64,000 nt of DNA, from contig JBDRBK010000055.1 of the NCBI GenBank assembly GCA_043822705.1, positions 1 through 64,000 on the forward strand, read 5' to 3'. The position numbers were made by a program, and so were the translations under genes. This stretch comes from Fidelibacterota bacterium. GTDB taxonomy: Bacteria > Fidelibacterota > Marinisomatia > Marinisomatales > TCS56. Each line of letters starts with the position of its first letter. Positions within the stretch are counted from its first letter, which is position 1. This document shows positions 1-9,463 of this stretch, one piece after another. The notes beneath the pieces are model-generated. The model saw only the letters and a program-made list of their open reading frames with translations. It ran no database searches and was not told where the DNA came from.

Positions 1-490
1 CCAGCCCGAGGCGGACAGCCTGGGAATCCTGCCGGTTCAGCCGCTGCTGTTCAGTTCGAACCGCTCGGCCCTGATGCAGGGCTTTTTCCAGTTAACGCCG
101 ATCCAGAATCCGGTATTCAGCCAGTTGAATCAACCGGGCAAACTGCTGGCGGCTCTGGCAACCGTTCCGGCGGCGGTCGGCGGCGGCTTGGGACAGGTGC
201 TGCTGATCAGCGACTCGGAATTTTTCGCCGATGACGCCGGCGCCGCAATTCAGGAGAATTTCATCTTTGTGCACAACGCTGTCGATTATTTGCTGGGTGA
301 CAGCGAGCTGGTGATGCTGCGCTCGCGGGAAATCACCACCCGTCCACTGGAAGAATTGGACGACAGCGCCCGGGTGCGTCTGAAATGGATCAATATCCTG
401 CTGCCTTCCCTACTGATTATCGGCCTGGGTGGCATGCGCTGGAAAATGGAAGCCAAACGCGCCAAATCGATCGAGGAAATCTATGGGTAA
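1..490 (+). CDS. C-terminal part of a GldG-like / ABC-type uncharacterized transport auxiliary protein (5' partial)
   Basis: Motif ISDSEF...NxxFxxNAVDYLLGD..L..LRSR....RPL followed by a C-terminal TM helix (WINILLPSLLIIGLG); the frame probably begins before the window; followed by a DUF4340-like gene, the usual neighbour. Confidence 0.7.
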   Translation, partial: QPEADSLGILPVQPLLFSSNRSALMQGFFQLTPIQNPVFSQLNQPGKLLAALATVPAAVGGGLGQVLLISDSEFFADDAGAAIQENFIFVHNAVDYLLGDSELVMLRSREITTRPLEELDDSARVRLKWINILLPSLLIIGLGGMRWKMEAKRAKSIEEIYG

Positions 491-1061
491 AAACACACGT
501 ACTTTTCTAATCGTGGCGGCCGTGCTGGTCGCGGCTTTTCTGTTCAACAATTATCTGCAGGACCGCTACACCACCAGTTCCAAGGCGATTTTTTCCGGCG
601 ATAAAGCAGACATCGTCGGGATCACCATCAGTAAGACCGGTGAAGCGATCCGGCTGGAAAAGAGCGGCGATAACTGGTCGATCAGCGGACACGACAGCCT
701 GGTGGTCCGGCAACCGCGCCTCGATAATCTTTTCGATAAGGTTCTGACCGTCGAACATGAGACTCTGGTTTCCCGAAATCCCGAAAAATGGCCGGTTTAC
801 GCGGTGGATGACAGTCTCGGTTTGCGTCTGCAGTTGTTCGATGCCCGGGAAAAAACACTGGGCGATTTCTATTTCGGGCGCTCGAAGTCCGACTGGTCCC
901 ATAATTATTTCCGGCAGGCCGGTAAAAATGAGGTCTTCCTCACCAATACCAATGTGCTCTATCAGCTCAACACGACAGTGGCATATTGGGGGGAGAAACC
1001 CAAACCGCCGGAGCCGGACAGTACAGCGGTCGATCAGGGCGCACTACCAGTCATCGAGTAA
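483..1061 (+). CDS. DUF4340-like exported/membrane-anchored protein
   Basis: ATG at 483 overlaps the upstream gene end; N-terminal hydrophobic anchor (FLIVAAVLVAAFLF); typical partner of GldG-like genes. Confidence 0.65.
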   Translation: MGKNTRTFLIVAAVLVAAFLFNNYLQDRYTTSSKAIFSGDKADIVGITISKTGEAIRLEKSGDNWSISGHDSLVVRQPRLDNLFDKVLTVEHETLVSRNPEKWPVYAVDDSLGLRLQLFDAREKTLGDFYFGRSKSDWSHNYFRQAGKNEVFLTNTNVLYQLNTTVAYWGEKPKPPEPDSTAVDQGALPVIE

Positions 1062-1075
1062 CCCTTTGTTCAGCT

Positions 1076-1110
1076 AAAAGGCGCCGGTTCAATCCGGCGC
1101 CTTTTTTTTT
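1076..1110 (+). terminator. Rho-independent terminator (possibly bidirectional)
   Basis: AAAAGGCGCCGG-TTCAAT-CCGGCGCC followed by a long T run, just after the stop at 1061. Confidence 0.9.
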
Positions 1111-1139
1111 GATAATTTCCTGCCGGGCCTGACATTCGC

Positions 1140-1155
1140 TGGCATTAATATTGCA
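1140..1155 (+). promoter_or_regulatory. sigma54 (-24/-12) promoter
   Basis: TGGCAT-TAATA-TTGCA has the GG-N10-GC spacing and is near consensus; about 50 bp upstream of the ORF at 1207. Confidence 0.7.
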
Positions 1156-1206
1156 CTGATTCACAACCGTAACATCTGACTACGGAAACTACTGAAAGAC
1201 GGGATT

Positions 1207-1575
1207 ATGATTACATTTGCGATTGATGAAAAGGGGAAATTCACTCGTGCGGAAATCTGCGGGGAAGTGACGCATCTGGATATTTTCAAATTACGCAACG
1301 ATGTGCTGGTCCAGCCCGGGTACCGGGATGATCTGAACGGCCTGTGTCTGATCGATCGCGAGGCAATTATCAGCCTTTCGAAGCATTTATTCATTTTGAA
1401 AGATCTGGTGGTAGATATCGATAGTACCAAAACACGGGCTAAATGGGCGATCGTAATGCCGCATTTCTTTCTGGCAGCGGCTTTTGTCGCAATAATCCGT
1501 GAGTTTAACCTCAAGTATGTCACCCTGCGCTTTTTTCAAAGCGAGGAACAGGCACTGGAATGGCTGCGAGAATGA
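1207..1575 (+). CDS. Small SpoIIAA-like (STAS/SEC14-like) protein
   Basis: 122 aa; KWAIV and C-terminal RFFQSEEQALEWL pattern typical of this fold. Confidence 0.55.
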   Translation: MITFAIDEKGKFTRAEICGEVTHLDIFKLRNDVLVQPGYRDDLNGLCLIDREAIISLSKHLFILKDLVVDIDSTKTRAKWAIVMPHFFLAAAFVAIIREFNLKYVTLRFFQSEEQALEWLRE

Positions 1576-1700
1576 CGATGATCAGTCCGCGATGATTCAA
1601 ATCGCGATCGGAACCGGCGCATTCTCTTTTGAAAGTGCCGAATGCCACCTGTAACTTCAGCCTGCAATAACTTTCAACACTTGGGAAGGATATTGATAGC

Positions 1701-3443
1701 TTGAATTATCACTTCAATATACTGAGTTGGATTCTCGCCGCTGCGACCTTCGCCGGTCTGTACGTGGCTTTCGCCGCCTGGAAACGGCGCACCGCACTGA
1801 ACAATATTTATTTCACCCTGCTGGAATTCTCCGCTTCGTTGTGGGCCTTTGCCGCCATCTTCGAGGCTGCCGCCACCACCGTTGCTCTCAAATTATTCTG
1901 GACGCAAATATCCTACCTGGGTATCGGCACCGTGCCGTTATTTTATTTCCTGTTCGCTTTGGCTTACAACCAACGTTATCATTACCTGACAAAAACCAAT
2001 ATCCTGTTATTATCGATCATTCCCGCTTTGACCTTCATATTCGTCCTGACCAACGATTTTCATAATCTGTACTATCCCACTATTTCAATTAATCCTGATA
2101 ATATCGGTCTATACTCCCATGGACCGCTGTTCTGGCTGTACACGACATATGCCTATATTCTGCTGCTGGTCAGCATAATTATTTTTTTTCAGGCAATCTT
2201 CCGTTCGCATTCCTACTTTAAAATCCGACTGGTAATTCTGCTGCTGGGATCGGCATTGCCGATGATCGGTAATCTCATGTATGTATTCAACCTCAACCCG
2301 ATTCCCGGGTTGGATTGGACCCCGATATCATTTGTCATATCGGGAATCATCCTGAGCTGGGGCATTGACCGCTTCCAGATGTTTGATCTGGTTCCGGTGG
2401 CCCGCAACAAACTGGTCGATCTGATGGGCGATGGCGTGCTGGTGATTGATTTCATGGGAAGGATCGCCGATGTAAATCCGGCCATGGCAGAAATCCTGGG
2501 TACAACGGTCAACAAAGTCGTCGGCTGCTCCGCCTTTGAGGCACTGGCGGACTGGCCAGAGTTAATGGAACAGTTGCATAACAATCAGTCCGAGCTGAAA
2601 GAAGTCCGGCGCACGAATGACAGTGGCGAACGCTATTTCGATTTACGTCGATCCGTTCTGCTGGATCATCTGGGCCAGTTCTCCGGGCAATTACTGATTC
2701 TCCGCGATATCAGCCGGCGCAAACAGGCCGAAAACACTCTGCGTCAGTCGGAGGCGCGTCACCGGCGGCTGTCGGAAGAGCTGGGGCAGGCTAATTCCAT
2801 GAAGGAACTGCTGCTGGATGTAATCACCCACGACTTGAAAAACCCCGCCGGCGTGATCCGCGGATTCGCCGAAGTCCTGCTGGAAAACGGGTCGGACCGG
2901 GAAACGCTGGAATATATTTATCAGAGCAGCAACAATCTTTTGAAAGTAATTGATAACGCCAGTATCCTCTCGGGTGTTACAATCGGTGATGAAATCCGGA
3001 AAGAGAAGCTGGATCTGAGTGAGTTGATCAGTGCAGAGATCGAGGAACTGAAGTCGACGTTTGCGAACAGTGGTATCACGGTGGATTTTCAGATTGCCAA
3101 ACCGATTCCGGTCATCGCCAACCCGATTATCGCCGAAGTATTCAAGAATTATTTCAGCAACGCCCTGAAGTATGCCGGATCGGGGAAAAAAATCATCGTG
3201 GACTGCGAACGGGAAGATGATTTTGTAACGATCAATGTCAAAGATTTTGGTCAGCCGATTCCCCGCAAGGAATATGATCACATTTTCACCCGCCGCTACC
3301 AGATGCAGTCGCAGCGGGGCATGGGGCTGGGACTGGCAATCGCCAAGAAAATCGCCGAGGCCCATTCCGCCGTAGTCGGCGTGAAACCGAACCAGCCCAC
3401 CGGTAACATTTTTTATTTGAAAATAGCCGTGATAGAAAATTGA
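1701..3443 (+). CDS. Membrane sensor histidine kinase (7TM input, PAS, HisKA, HATPase)
   Basis: About seven hydrophobic helices, PAS (DGVLVID...NPAM), H-box ITHDLKNP, N-box NYFSNALKY, G2 GMGLGLAI; TTG start with GGAAGG upstream. Confidence 0.9.
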   Translation: MNYHFNILSWILAAATFAGLYVAFAAWKRRTALNNIYFTLLEFSASLWAFAAIFEAAATTVALKLFWTQISYLGIGTVPLFYFLFALAYNQRYHYLTKTNILLLSIIPALTFIFVLTNDFHNLYYPTISINPDNIGLYSHGPLFWLYTTYAYILLLVSIIIFFQAIFRSHSYFKIRLVILLLGSALPMIGNLMYVFNLNPIPGLDWTPISFVISGIILSWGIDRFQMFDLVPVARNKLVDLMGDGVLVIDFMGRIADVNPAMAEILGTTVNKVVGCSAFEALADWPELMEQLHNNQSELKEVRRTNDSGERYFDLRRSVLLDHLGQFSGQLLILRDISRRKQAENTLRQSEARHRRLSEELGQANSMKELLLDVITHDLKNPAGVIRGFAEVLLENGSDRETLEYIYQSSNNLLKVIDNASILSGVTIGDEIRKEKLDLSELISAEIEELKSTFANSGITVDFQIAKPIPVIANPIIAEVFKNYFSNALKYAGSGKKIIVDCEREDDFVTINVKDFGQPIPRKEYDHIFTRRYQMQSQRGMGLGLAIAKKIAEAHSAVVGVKPNQPTGNIFYLKIAVIEN

Positions 3444-3473
3444 CCGGTCATTTCGACCAATTTATTTTACTCC

Positions 3474-3803
3474 TCAATCCTCGCCGGGTGTTGCCGCTGT
3501 TATTTCAAACACCTCACTGCGGTACAAATGATACCCGATGAATTTGACTGTCAGGAAATAGTCGCCAGTCGCTATTCCGGATAGATAAAAATATCCATGC
3601 TGATCGGAGGTACAGCCAGTTACGATTGCACTATCCCGGGTACTATAAACAACAATATTCGTGTATTCAACCACCGTGCCGGTTACATCATCAAATATTT
3701 TACCGCTAATGATACCCTTGTTGAATTTACCTGGTTGGGCCGTCAGGCAGCCGGTAGCAATCAAAATAGCTGCTAACATAATTGGAATACATGGTGTTCG
3801 CAT
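3474..3803 (-). CDS. Exported carboxypeptidase-regulatory-like domain protein (resembles the N-terminus of a TonB-dependent receptor; possibly truncated)
   Basis: Signal peptide, then ISGKIFD...TSDQHGYF...G.Y.LTVKFIGY; ends immediately after the domain. Confidence 0.6.
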   Translation of the reverse strand: MRTPCIPIMLAAILIATGCLTAQPGKFNKGIISGKIFDDVTGTVVEYTNIVVYSTRDSAIVTGCTSDQHGYFYLSGIATGDYFLTVKFIGYHLYRSEVFEITAATPGED

Positions 3804-3861
3804 TCAGCCCCCGAATCGAATTATCGAAACACTCTTTGCACGAATGACTGGCTGGTAATTA

Positions 3862-4914
3862 TTACTGGCGCGTGGCCCACCAATCAGCTTTTGCCGATGC
3901 GGTCGGCCAGCCGTCTTTCTCAAGTTTTATTCCATACGATCCCTCCGACATCCCGGAATCAAGGAAAACTCCGTCCAGCGTGCCGGTGATCACAAAACCA
4001 TCCTGTTCTTTGCTCAGGCTGGCGGAAATCGTTCCATCGGAATTGATTAATCCGGCAATAACAATGTCCCGGATCTCCTTGGAACCACCCAATAAGGTGA
4101 AATCCACGGTGAGGGTGCCATCGATTATATAAACCCCCAGCAACTCATAAATATCGAAGCTGAAAGGCCGGGTCAGTGTTTCCCCCTCCCAGAGACCGGT
4201 GATACCGGCGGTGGCAATCGGTAGAAATATTATTCGCTTGGACTTGGTTACGCTCAGACCATTTTGATTGTTGATGGCCGTAATCGAGAAATTATTATCA
4301 CCGATCACTAAATTGACCACCCGACCGAAGCGACCGGCAGTATCGTAGTCGGTAGTATCACTGTTTATTTTTAGGGTAGCATCCAGTCCGGCGGTTATTC
4401 GACCGGATACGGTGACGCTGTCCTGAAAGATCAGTTGGACCGGCGGTGGATCGATGATCAGTTCGGGCGGTAATTCGGGAGAGCTGACAACCACGGTCAG
4501 GCGGTTACTGACTACATCTCCGGCAGCGGCCCAGATCAAGGCCATGCCGGCCGCTTTAGCTTTAATTTTGCCAGCCGCCACTGAAGCTACCACCAGATCG
4601 CTGGAAAACCAGTCAAGCTGACTGGCCTTGATTGATTTGGTGAGGGTATCGGTGGTTTCATAGATGAAACTGGTATCAGCCAGGACACCGGTGTTGGTCA
4701 CTAAATGTTCACTGGTTTCGGTAAAAACTCCGCGGGCGGATATGCTGGCAGTGTTTTCCGTTAACAATAACAGTGTATCGGCGTCACTGATAAGATATAT
4801 TGCGATTGGGGTATCTTCCAGCCCATCATCGGGACCGGTCGTATCTTCGCAACCTACGATCAGCATTAATACAGGCAGCAACAATCGACAGCAAAATTTC
4901 AAATTAATGTCCAC
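3862..4914 (-). CDS. Lipoprotein with Ig-like beta-sandwich domains
   Basis: Lipobox-like LIVG-C; WFSSDLVVASV (Big_2-like); LVIGDNNFSITAIN (Ig-like). Confidence 0.6.
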   Translation of the reverse strand: MDINLKFCCRLLLPVLMLIVGCEDTTGPDDGLEDTPIAIYLISDADTLLLLTENTASISARGVFTETSEHLVTNTGVLADTSFIYETTDTLTKSIKASQLDWFSSDLVVASVAAGKIKAKAAGMALIWAAAGDVVSNRLTVVVSSPELPPELIIDPPPVQLIFQDSVTVSGRITAGLDATLKINSDTTDYDTAGRFGRVVNLVIGDNNFSITAINNQNGLSVTKSKRIIFLPIATAGITGLWEGETLTRPFSFDIYELLGVYIIDGTLTVDFTLLGGSKEIRDIVIAGLINSDGTISASLSKEQDGFVITGTLDGVFLDSGMSEGSYGIKLEKDGWPTASAKADWWATRQ

Positions 4915-4917
4915 GAC

Positions 4918-5517
4918 TCATAACGCCCAACTGATCCCGAGACTGTAAATCCAGCCACCGATATTGATTTTCTTATCGCTGGCGGGAGCCGCTATTGGTA
5001 AATAAATATACTCGGCTTCGCCACTGAACTGGAAGCCCAGTAAAAGTGGAATATTCAAACCGACGGCCGCGATAGCACCACGATTATCCATTGAAGAAAA
5101 ACTTGAGTTAAGGGCTGTGTACTCGCGCTCCTCGGAATAAATATTTTCCTCAACATTGCCGATCGCATAGGCTAATTCAAAATAAAACGGTGCACTATCG
5201 TAGCTGCGAATCCCAATCGACAATATCTCTTCCCGCCATTTGGCAATTCCATGCAAGGCAACCCCGGTAATTATTGATCGCCCCCATTCCTCATATAGCA
5301 GGTAGCGTACCAGTAAATAATTCCCGTTGTAACCCAAACCAAAAGCAACAGTTGGGAATTCCTCATCAAGACCATAGATTTTCTCAAAGTTGGCTGCTTC
5401 AGGATTAAAATAGCCCAAGCGGAACTCCGCCAACAGCGATGGACCAATGTCTCCGATCTTTCCCTGCAGGCTAGTCAGTAGAAAAATGAAAATAATTAAG
5501 TATTTGATTTTAAACAT
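4918..5517 (-). CDS. Small outer-membrane beta-barrel protein
   Basis: Signal peptide, amphipathic strands, C-terminal GGWIYSLGISWAL. Confidence 0.55.
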   Translation of the reverse strand: MFKIKYLIIFIFLLTSLQGKIGDIGPSLLAEFRLGYFNPEAANFEKIYGLDEEFPTVAFGLGYNGNYLLVRYLLYEEWGRSIITGVALHGIAKWREEILSIGIRSYDSAPFYFELAYAIGNVEENIYSEEREYTALNSSFSSMDNRGAIAAVGLNIPLLLGFQFSGEAEYIYLPIAAPASDKKINIGGWIYSLGISWAL

Positions 5518-5693
5518 ATGAAATGTTTTCAGTATTTTACTTCAAGAAAAATAAATTATCAAATCATTTAGCAGATCTGGGCAAATGTAAATGATCACTT
5601 GTTGGGAGCTAACACATGAATTTTTTGGACAGCATTTAATTTGGGAAATCGCCCGACAAGGGATAATTTCGGCACGCTTTTTAGAAGCCAAAT

Positions 5694-5766
<73 letters not shown>

Positions 5767-5773
5767 CTTACAG

Positions 5774-5813
5774 AAACAAGGACTTATGAATTTTCGTAAG
5801 TCCTTTTGTTTTT
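5774..5813 (+). terminator. Long hairpin terminator after tRNA-Lys
   Basis: AAACAAGGACTTATGAA-TT-TTCGTAAGTCCTTTTGTTT followed by Ts. Confidence 0.75.
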
Positions 5814-6135
5814 ACTACCCTCTGTCGATAGTACAATATATCAGATATAGAGTTACTATATTATTTACTACCCATGACTATTTAGTCATTATTTACGATA
5901 TAGTTAATAATGCTAAGTGTTGTAGCCCGTCAGAACAAGTTGGAGAGATCTGTTTTAAGAATTAATAGAGACTCTGGGTACATTAGTGGAAGTGGAACGA
6001 TTAAAAAATGAGCTTCAGGCCAGGCGGGGAAAAACGGGAAAGCGGTCCAAACGGAAACGAGGAATTCAACGCTGATTTTTAACTGATCGGCAGAGCCGTC
6101 ATAAGGGACCGGCCATCGGGCCTGACCTGGCGTGA

Positions 6136-8280
6136 TCAGGTAAGAGGAATCTGCAGATAGAATATATTGCCGCGGGGTTTATTGGGCAGCACACCGACTT
6201 TTCCGTCGTGTGCTTCAGCGATTCTTTTAACGATCGCCAGTCCCAGTCCCCGACCGAGTTTCGCTCCGGCCGATAATTGAACGCCACGGTTAAAAATAAG
6301 CGGACGTTTTTCCTCCGGAATGGTGGGACCGAAATCGATGAAATCAACGGTGACCGAATCGGTGTCCTTGCGGATATTGACCTCAATCTTTTTTCCGTCC
6401 CGTGAATATTTGATGGCGTTACTGATGTAATTCTTGAATATTTCGACGATAATCGGATTCACGCAGATCGGCAGCGGCTCATCGTAGGAAAAAAGCAGTT
6501 CCATGTCGGCACTTGCGAGCGTCGATTTCATCTCGTTAGCTACCTGCCTGATCAATTCCGCCAGATCCATTGCTTCCTTTGAAATTTCCTCACCCAGCGT
6601 CAGCTTGGATAGAATCACCGCATTATCGATGACCTTCAGCAGGTTACCGCAGCTTTCGTTGATCAGAGCGATGTTTTCATTATCAAACTCTTCATCCAGC
6701 AGGATTTCGCTCATTCCCTGAATTACTCCAGCCGGATTTTTCAGATCATGGGTGATAACATCCAGCAGCAGTTCCTTCATATTGTTGGCTTCGGTCAGCT
6801 CGATCGACAGGCGGCGGTATTTTTCCTCGGATTCGATAATCGCATCCTGATCCTGTTTATGATGAATCACATCGGCGATTTCATTCGATACGAATTCCAG
6901 TATCTCCAGGTCTTTGGTCGTAAATTTTCGGGAATTATTATAACTCTGAATGACAACGGCACCCACCACCTGCTCGTCTACTCGCAATGGAACGCCCAAC
7001 CAGTATTCCGACGGTGTGCCCAGACGTTCAACGATTCCCCTGGCAACCAAACCCAGGATATCTTCTTTGGTAAAGATCAGCGGCCGTTGTACTTTCAACA
7101 GATAACCGGTCAGGCCTGCATCAGCTGAGATCGGGCTGGCATCGTCATCCATTTCATCCACCCAATAAGGAAAGTGCACCAGTTTACGATCCCGGCTGAG
7201 CAGGGCAATATAAAAATTACTGGTGTCGATAACGTCGTGCAGAATGTTGCGGATTTGGATGAACAGGTTTTTAAGGTTATCAGCGCCACGGGCCGCATTG
7301 GCAATTTGATAAATAATTTCCTGCAGCCGGTTGGCCTGGTGCAGGGCATCCTCGACCCGTTTTCTTTCACTGATTTCCCCCTGCAGGTGTTTGGTTTTTT
7401 CATTGACCCGGCCCCGCATCGAGTACCCCCAGCCGATTGCCACCAGAAACAGGATCAGCAGTATCACTCCAATCCAGATCGTATATTTTATCCATTTTTC
7501 ATTGACCGTTTCCTGCTTCTGGTAGCGATCGATCCATTTGCGGTGGAGCTGGTCGAACTGGCCTGAATTCTTAATTATCCGTAATCCCTGATTCAGTGCC
7601 AGCAGCAGTTCCGGGTTGCCCTTGGCGACGGCAAAACTCAAATTTCGCGGCAGCAAATTCGGGCCGACCGCTTTCAGATTTTGCAGTCCATAACGACGAA
7701 CAAAATATTGACCCTGGACCTCCGGCACGATACTGCAGTCGTAGTTTCCCGCAGATAGTAGTCTCAGGGCGTCGACCGAAGATGCTACTTGGTAAATCGC
7801 TTGGGTCAGGTTGCGATTATTGATAAAGTTAATACTACTACCTCCCTGAACCAGAACGATCGCTTTATCATGCAAGTCATCCAGTTGGGACATTGATGAT
7901 TCTTTCCGGACAAACAATGAATAGGATACAGTTTCATAGGGTATCGTGAAATCGAATTTTTCAGCCCGCTCAGGCGAATAATATACGCCAATCAGAGCAT
8001 CGATAGTACCCGATTCCAGTGCCGTTGTGATTTCCTCCCAGGGACCTAACTCCAGGTTTATTTCGAGTCCCATGATTTTGGCGACGGCCTGAATAACTTC
8101 CACATTAAACCCTGTCGCATTACCGGTATCATCCAGGAATTCATACGGCGGGTAATTGTAGTGCCCGCGGACCTGAATGGTATCCTGACCTGCTTCGGCC
8201 ATTCCTCCTATCATGGAGAATAACACGATCAATACTTGAGTAAGCAACTCTCTCCAATTATGCTGTAGTTTTATTGTCAT
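6136..8280 (-). CDS. Sensor histidine kinase with periplasmic amino-acid-binding (SBP family 3) domain, TM, GAF, HisKA, HATPase
   Basis: NYPPYEF...GFNVEV...SPERAEKFDFT; TM helix; GAF (WLGVPLRVDEQVVGAVVIQSY); ITHDLKNP; GRGLGLAI. Confidence 0.9.
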   Translation of the reverse strand: MTIKLQHNWRELLTQVLIVLFSMIGGMAEAGQDTIQVRGHYNYPPYEFLDDTGNATGFNVEVIQAVAKIMGLEINLELGPWEEITTALESGTIDALIGVYYSPERAEKFDFTIPYETVSYSLFVRKESSMSQLDDLHDKAIVLVQGGSSINFINNRNLTQAIYQVASSVDALRLLSAGNYDCSIVPEVQGQYFVRRYGLQNLKAVGPNLLPRNLSFAVAKGNPELLLALNQGLRIIKNSGQFDQLHRKWIDRYQKQETVNEKWIKYTIWIGVILLILFLVAIGWGYSMRGRVNEKTKHLQGEISERKRVEDALHQANRLQEIIYQIANAARGADNLKNLFIQIRNILHDVIDTSNFYIALLSRDRKLVHFPYWVDEMDDDASPISADAGLTGYLLKVQRPLIFTKEDILGLVARGIVERLGTPSEYWLGVPLRVDEQVVGAVVIQSYNNSRKFTTKDLEILEFVSNEIADVIHHKQDQDAIIESEEKYRRLSIELTEANNMKELLLDVITHDLKNPAGVIQGMSEILLDEEFDNENIALINESCGNLLKVIDNAVILSKLTLGEEISKEAMDLAELIRQVANEMKSTLASADMELLFSYDEPLPICVNPIIVEIFKNYISNAIKYSRDGKKIEVNIRKDTDSVTVDFIDFGPTIPEEKRPLIFNRGVQLSAGAKLGRGLGLAIVKRIAEAHDGKVGVLPNKPRGNIFYLQIPLT

Positions 8281-8358
8281 CCCGATAGCTTGACTTGAGA
8301 AAATCTCACCTCGATTTTAATGAATTTGTACTCACGGTAGCGATACCCGGGCAATTAT

Positions 8359-8374
8359 TACAAATAACGTGCCT
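8359..8374 (-). promoter_or_regulatory. Possible sigma54 promoter (non-consensus -12)
   Basis: Minus strand AGGCACG-TTAT-TTGTA, about 80 bp upstream of the kinase start at 8280; GT instead of GC at -12. Confidence 0.4.
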
Positions 8375-8394
8375 GCGATAATGCAATCTTCCGA

Positions 8395-9123
8395 TTACTC
8401 CTCATTGATCTTATCCACCAGATAGCCGGCAAACAGATTTTCAAAAGCGGATAAAGTCGAATCAATGGACATCGGAACCATCTTAGCGAAAACATCCAGC
8501 ACTATCACCGCGTTCAGACTTGCATCCTTATTCGTTGCCGCCAGTAATCGTTTGCAGATTCGGGCATTGACCATATCAATATTTTCGTAAATCTTTGTTA
8601 ATCCAGTAAGTTCATGATCGAAATCCAGATTTTTCCGGCTACGAAAATACTGGGCCAGCAGATACATGGACGCCGACCGATAAATGGTCTCTTCAACCGA
8701 TGCAAACGGTAAATGAAATTTCACCATCGGTCGGAGTTTGTCGAGATAAACACAGCCGCTGGTAACCATAATTATACCCAGCAGTGAACTTAATGCCACC
8801 TGAATCGGGATTTTTTCCCGAAGATAGGTTCTTTCGCCGGTTGTGACCTTACAGTCAACGACTTCGTACGACAAAGTATCCTTGAAAGCCACGACCACAT
8901 CGGCTAGGTTAACCATCAGGGGACAATACGTATGCTGATAGTTTGTTAGTATGCAGTCCACGCAACGCGGTTCATAGTCCAGCCGCGTCCAATCCGGTAA
9001 AGATTTCTTCGGTACCGGGATATAATCAAGCGTCTGTGAATCTAGATTAACCGTAAACGTAATCTGACGCTGCTCTTCCATTATAAAATCGTAGGTAATC
9101 CGGACTACCGGTGTTTCTTTCAT
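8395..9123 (-). CDS. DUF6901-like conserved hypothetical protein (Cys-containing)
   Basis: LPDWTRL..CxxC...CP, SLLGIIMVTSGC, LRPMVKFHLPFAS.EET.YR motifs recognised from memory; ATG at 9123 has GGGAG upstream (the ORF track starts at TTG 9189). Confidence 0.6.
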   Translation of the reverse strand: MKETPVVRITYDFIMEEQRQITFTVNLDSQTLDYIPVPKKSLPDWTRLDYEPRCVDCILTNYQHTYCPLMVNLADVVVAFKDTLSYEVVDCKVTTGERTYLREKIPIQVALSSLLGIIMVTSGCVYLDKLRPMVKFHLPFASVEETIYRSASMYLLAQYFRSRKNLDFDHELTGLTKIYENIDMVNARICKRLLAATNKDASLNAVIVLDVFAKMVPMSIDSTLSAFENLFAGYLVDKINEE

Positions 9124-9233
9124 GAATAGCTGCTCCCAAAGTTTGCTGTGATCGCCTTCAAAATTATTGTAAATCTTGCTGGTATTCAAATCAAATGGGT
9201 GTCGGCCAGCTACTGTTGGCGCCCCGGATTAAA

Positions 9234-9249
9234 TGGTATGGTTATTGCG
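9234..9249 (+). promoter_or_regulatory. sigma54 (-24/-12) promoter
   Basis: TGGTATG-GTTA-TTGCG (GG-N10-GC) in the divergent intergenic region upstream of the kinase at 9464. Confidence 0.55.
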
Positions 9250-9463
9250 AATGTATAGTACACTGAATTCGACCGGATTTCGAATCGGGAAAAGAACTGA
9301 GGGGCTTCGAATTGGAATATCAGAAAGTACCTGGAAATATGCAGATTTTTCCGCTGACACCGGAATCATTTTCCTCCGGAGGGAAAATATTGCCGGTCAT
9401 CATAGCACTAACATACTGCCGGAAACGCTGCTGAATTGAGTAACATTTTTCGGGGGATAATCT

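Noticed and set aside
5670..5685. sigma54-like CGGCACG upstream of the tRNA
   Set aside because: No GC-like -12 element at the right spacing, and it lies too close to the tRNA 5' end
5891..5918. dif-like Xer site (ATTTACGATAT-AGTTAA-TAATGCTAAGT)
   Set aside because: Several mismatches in both arms within AT-rich DNA; probably chance
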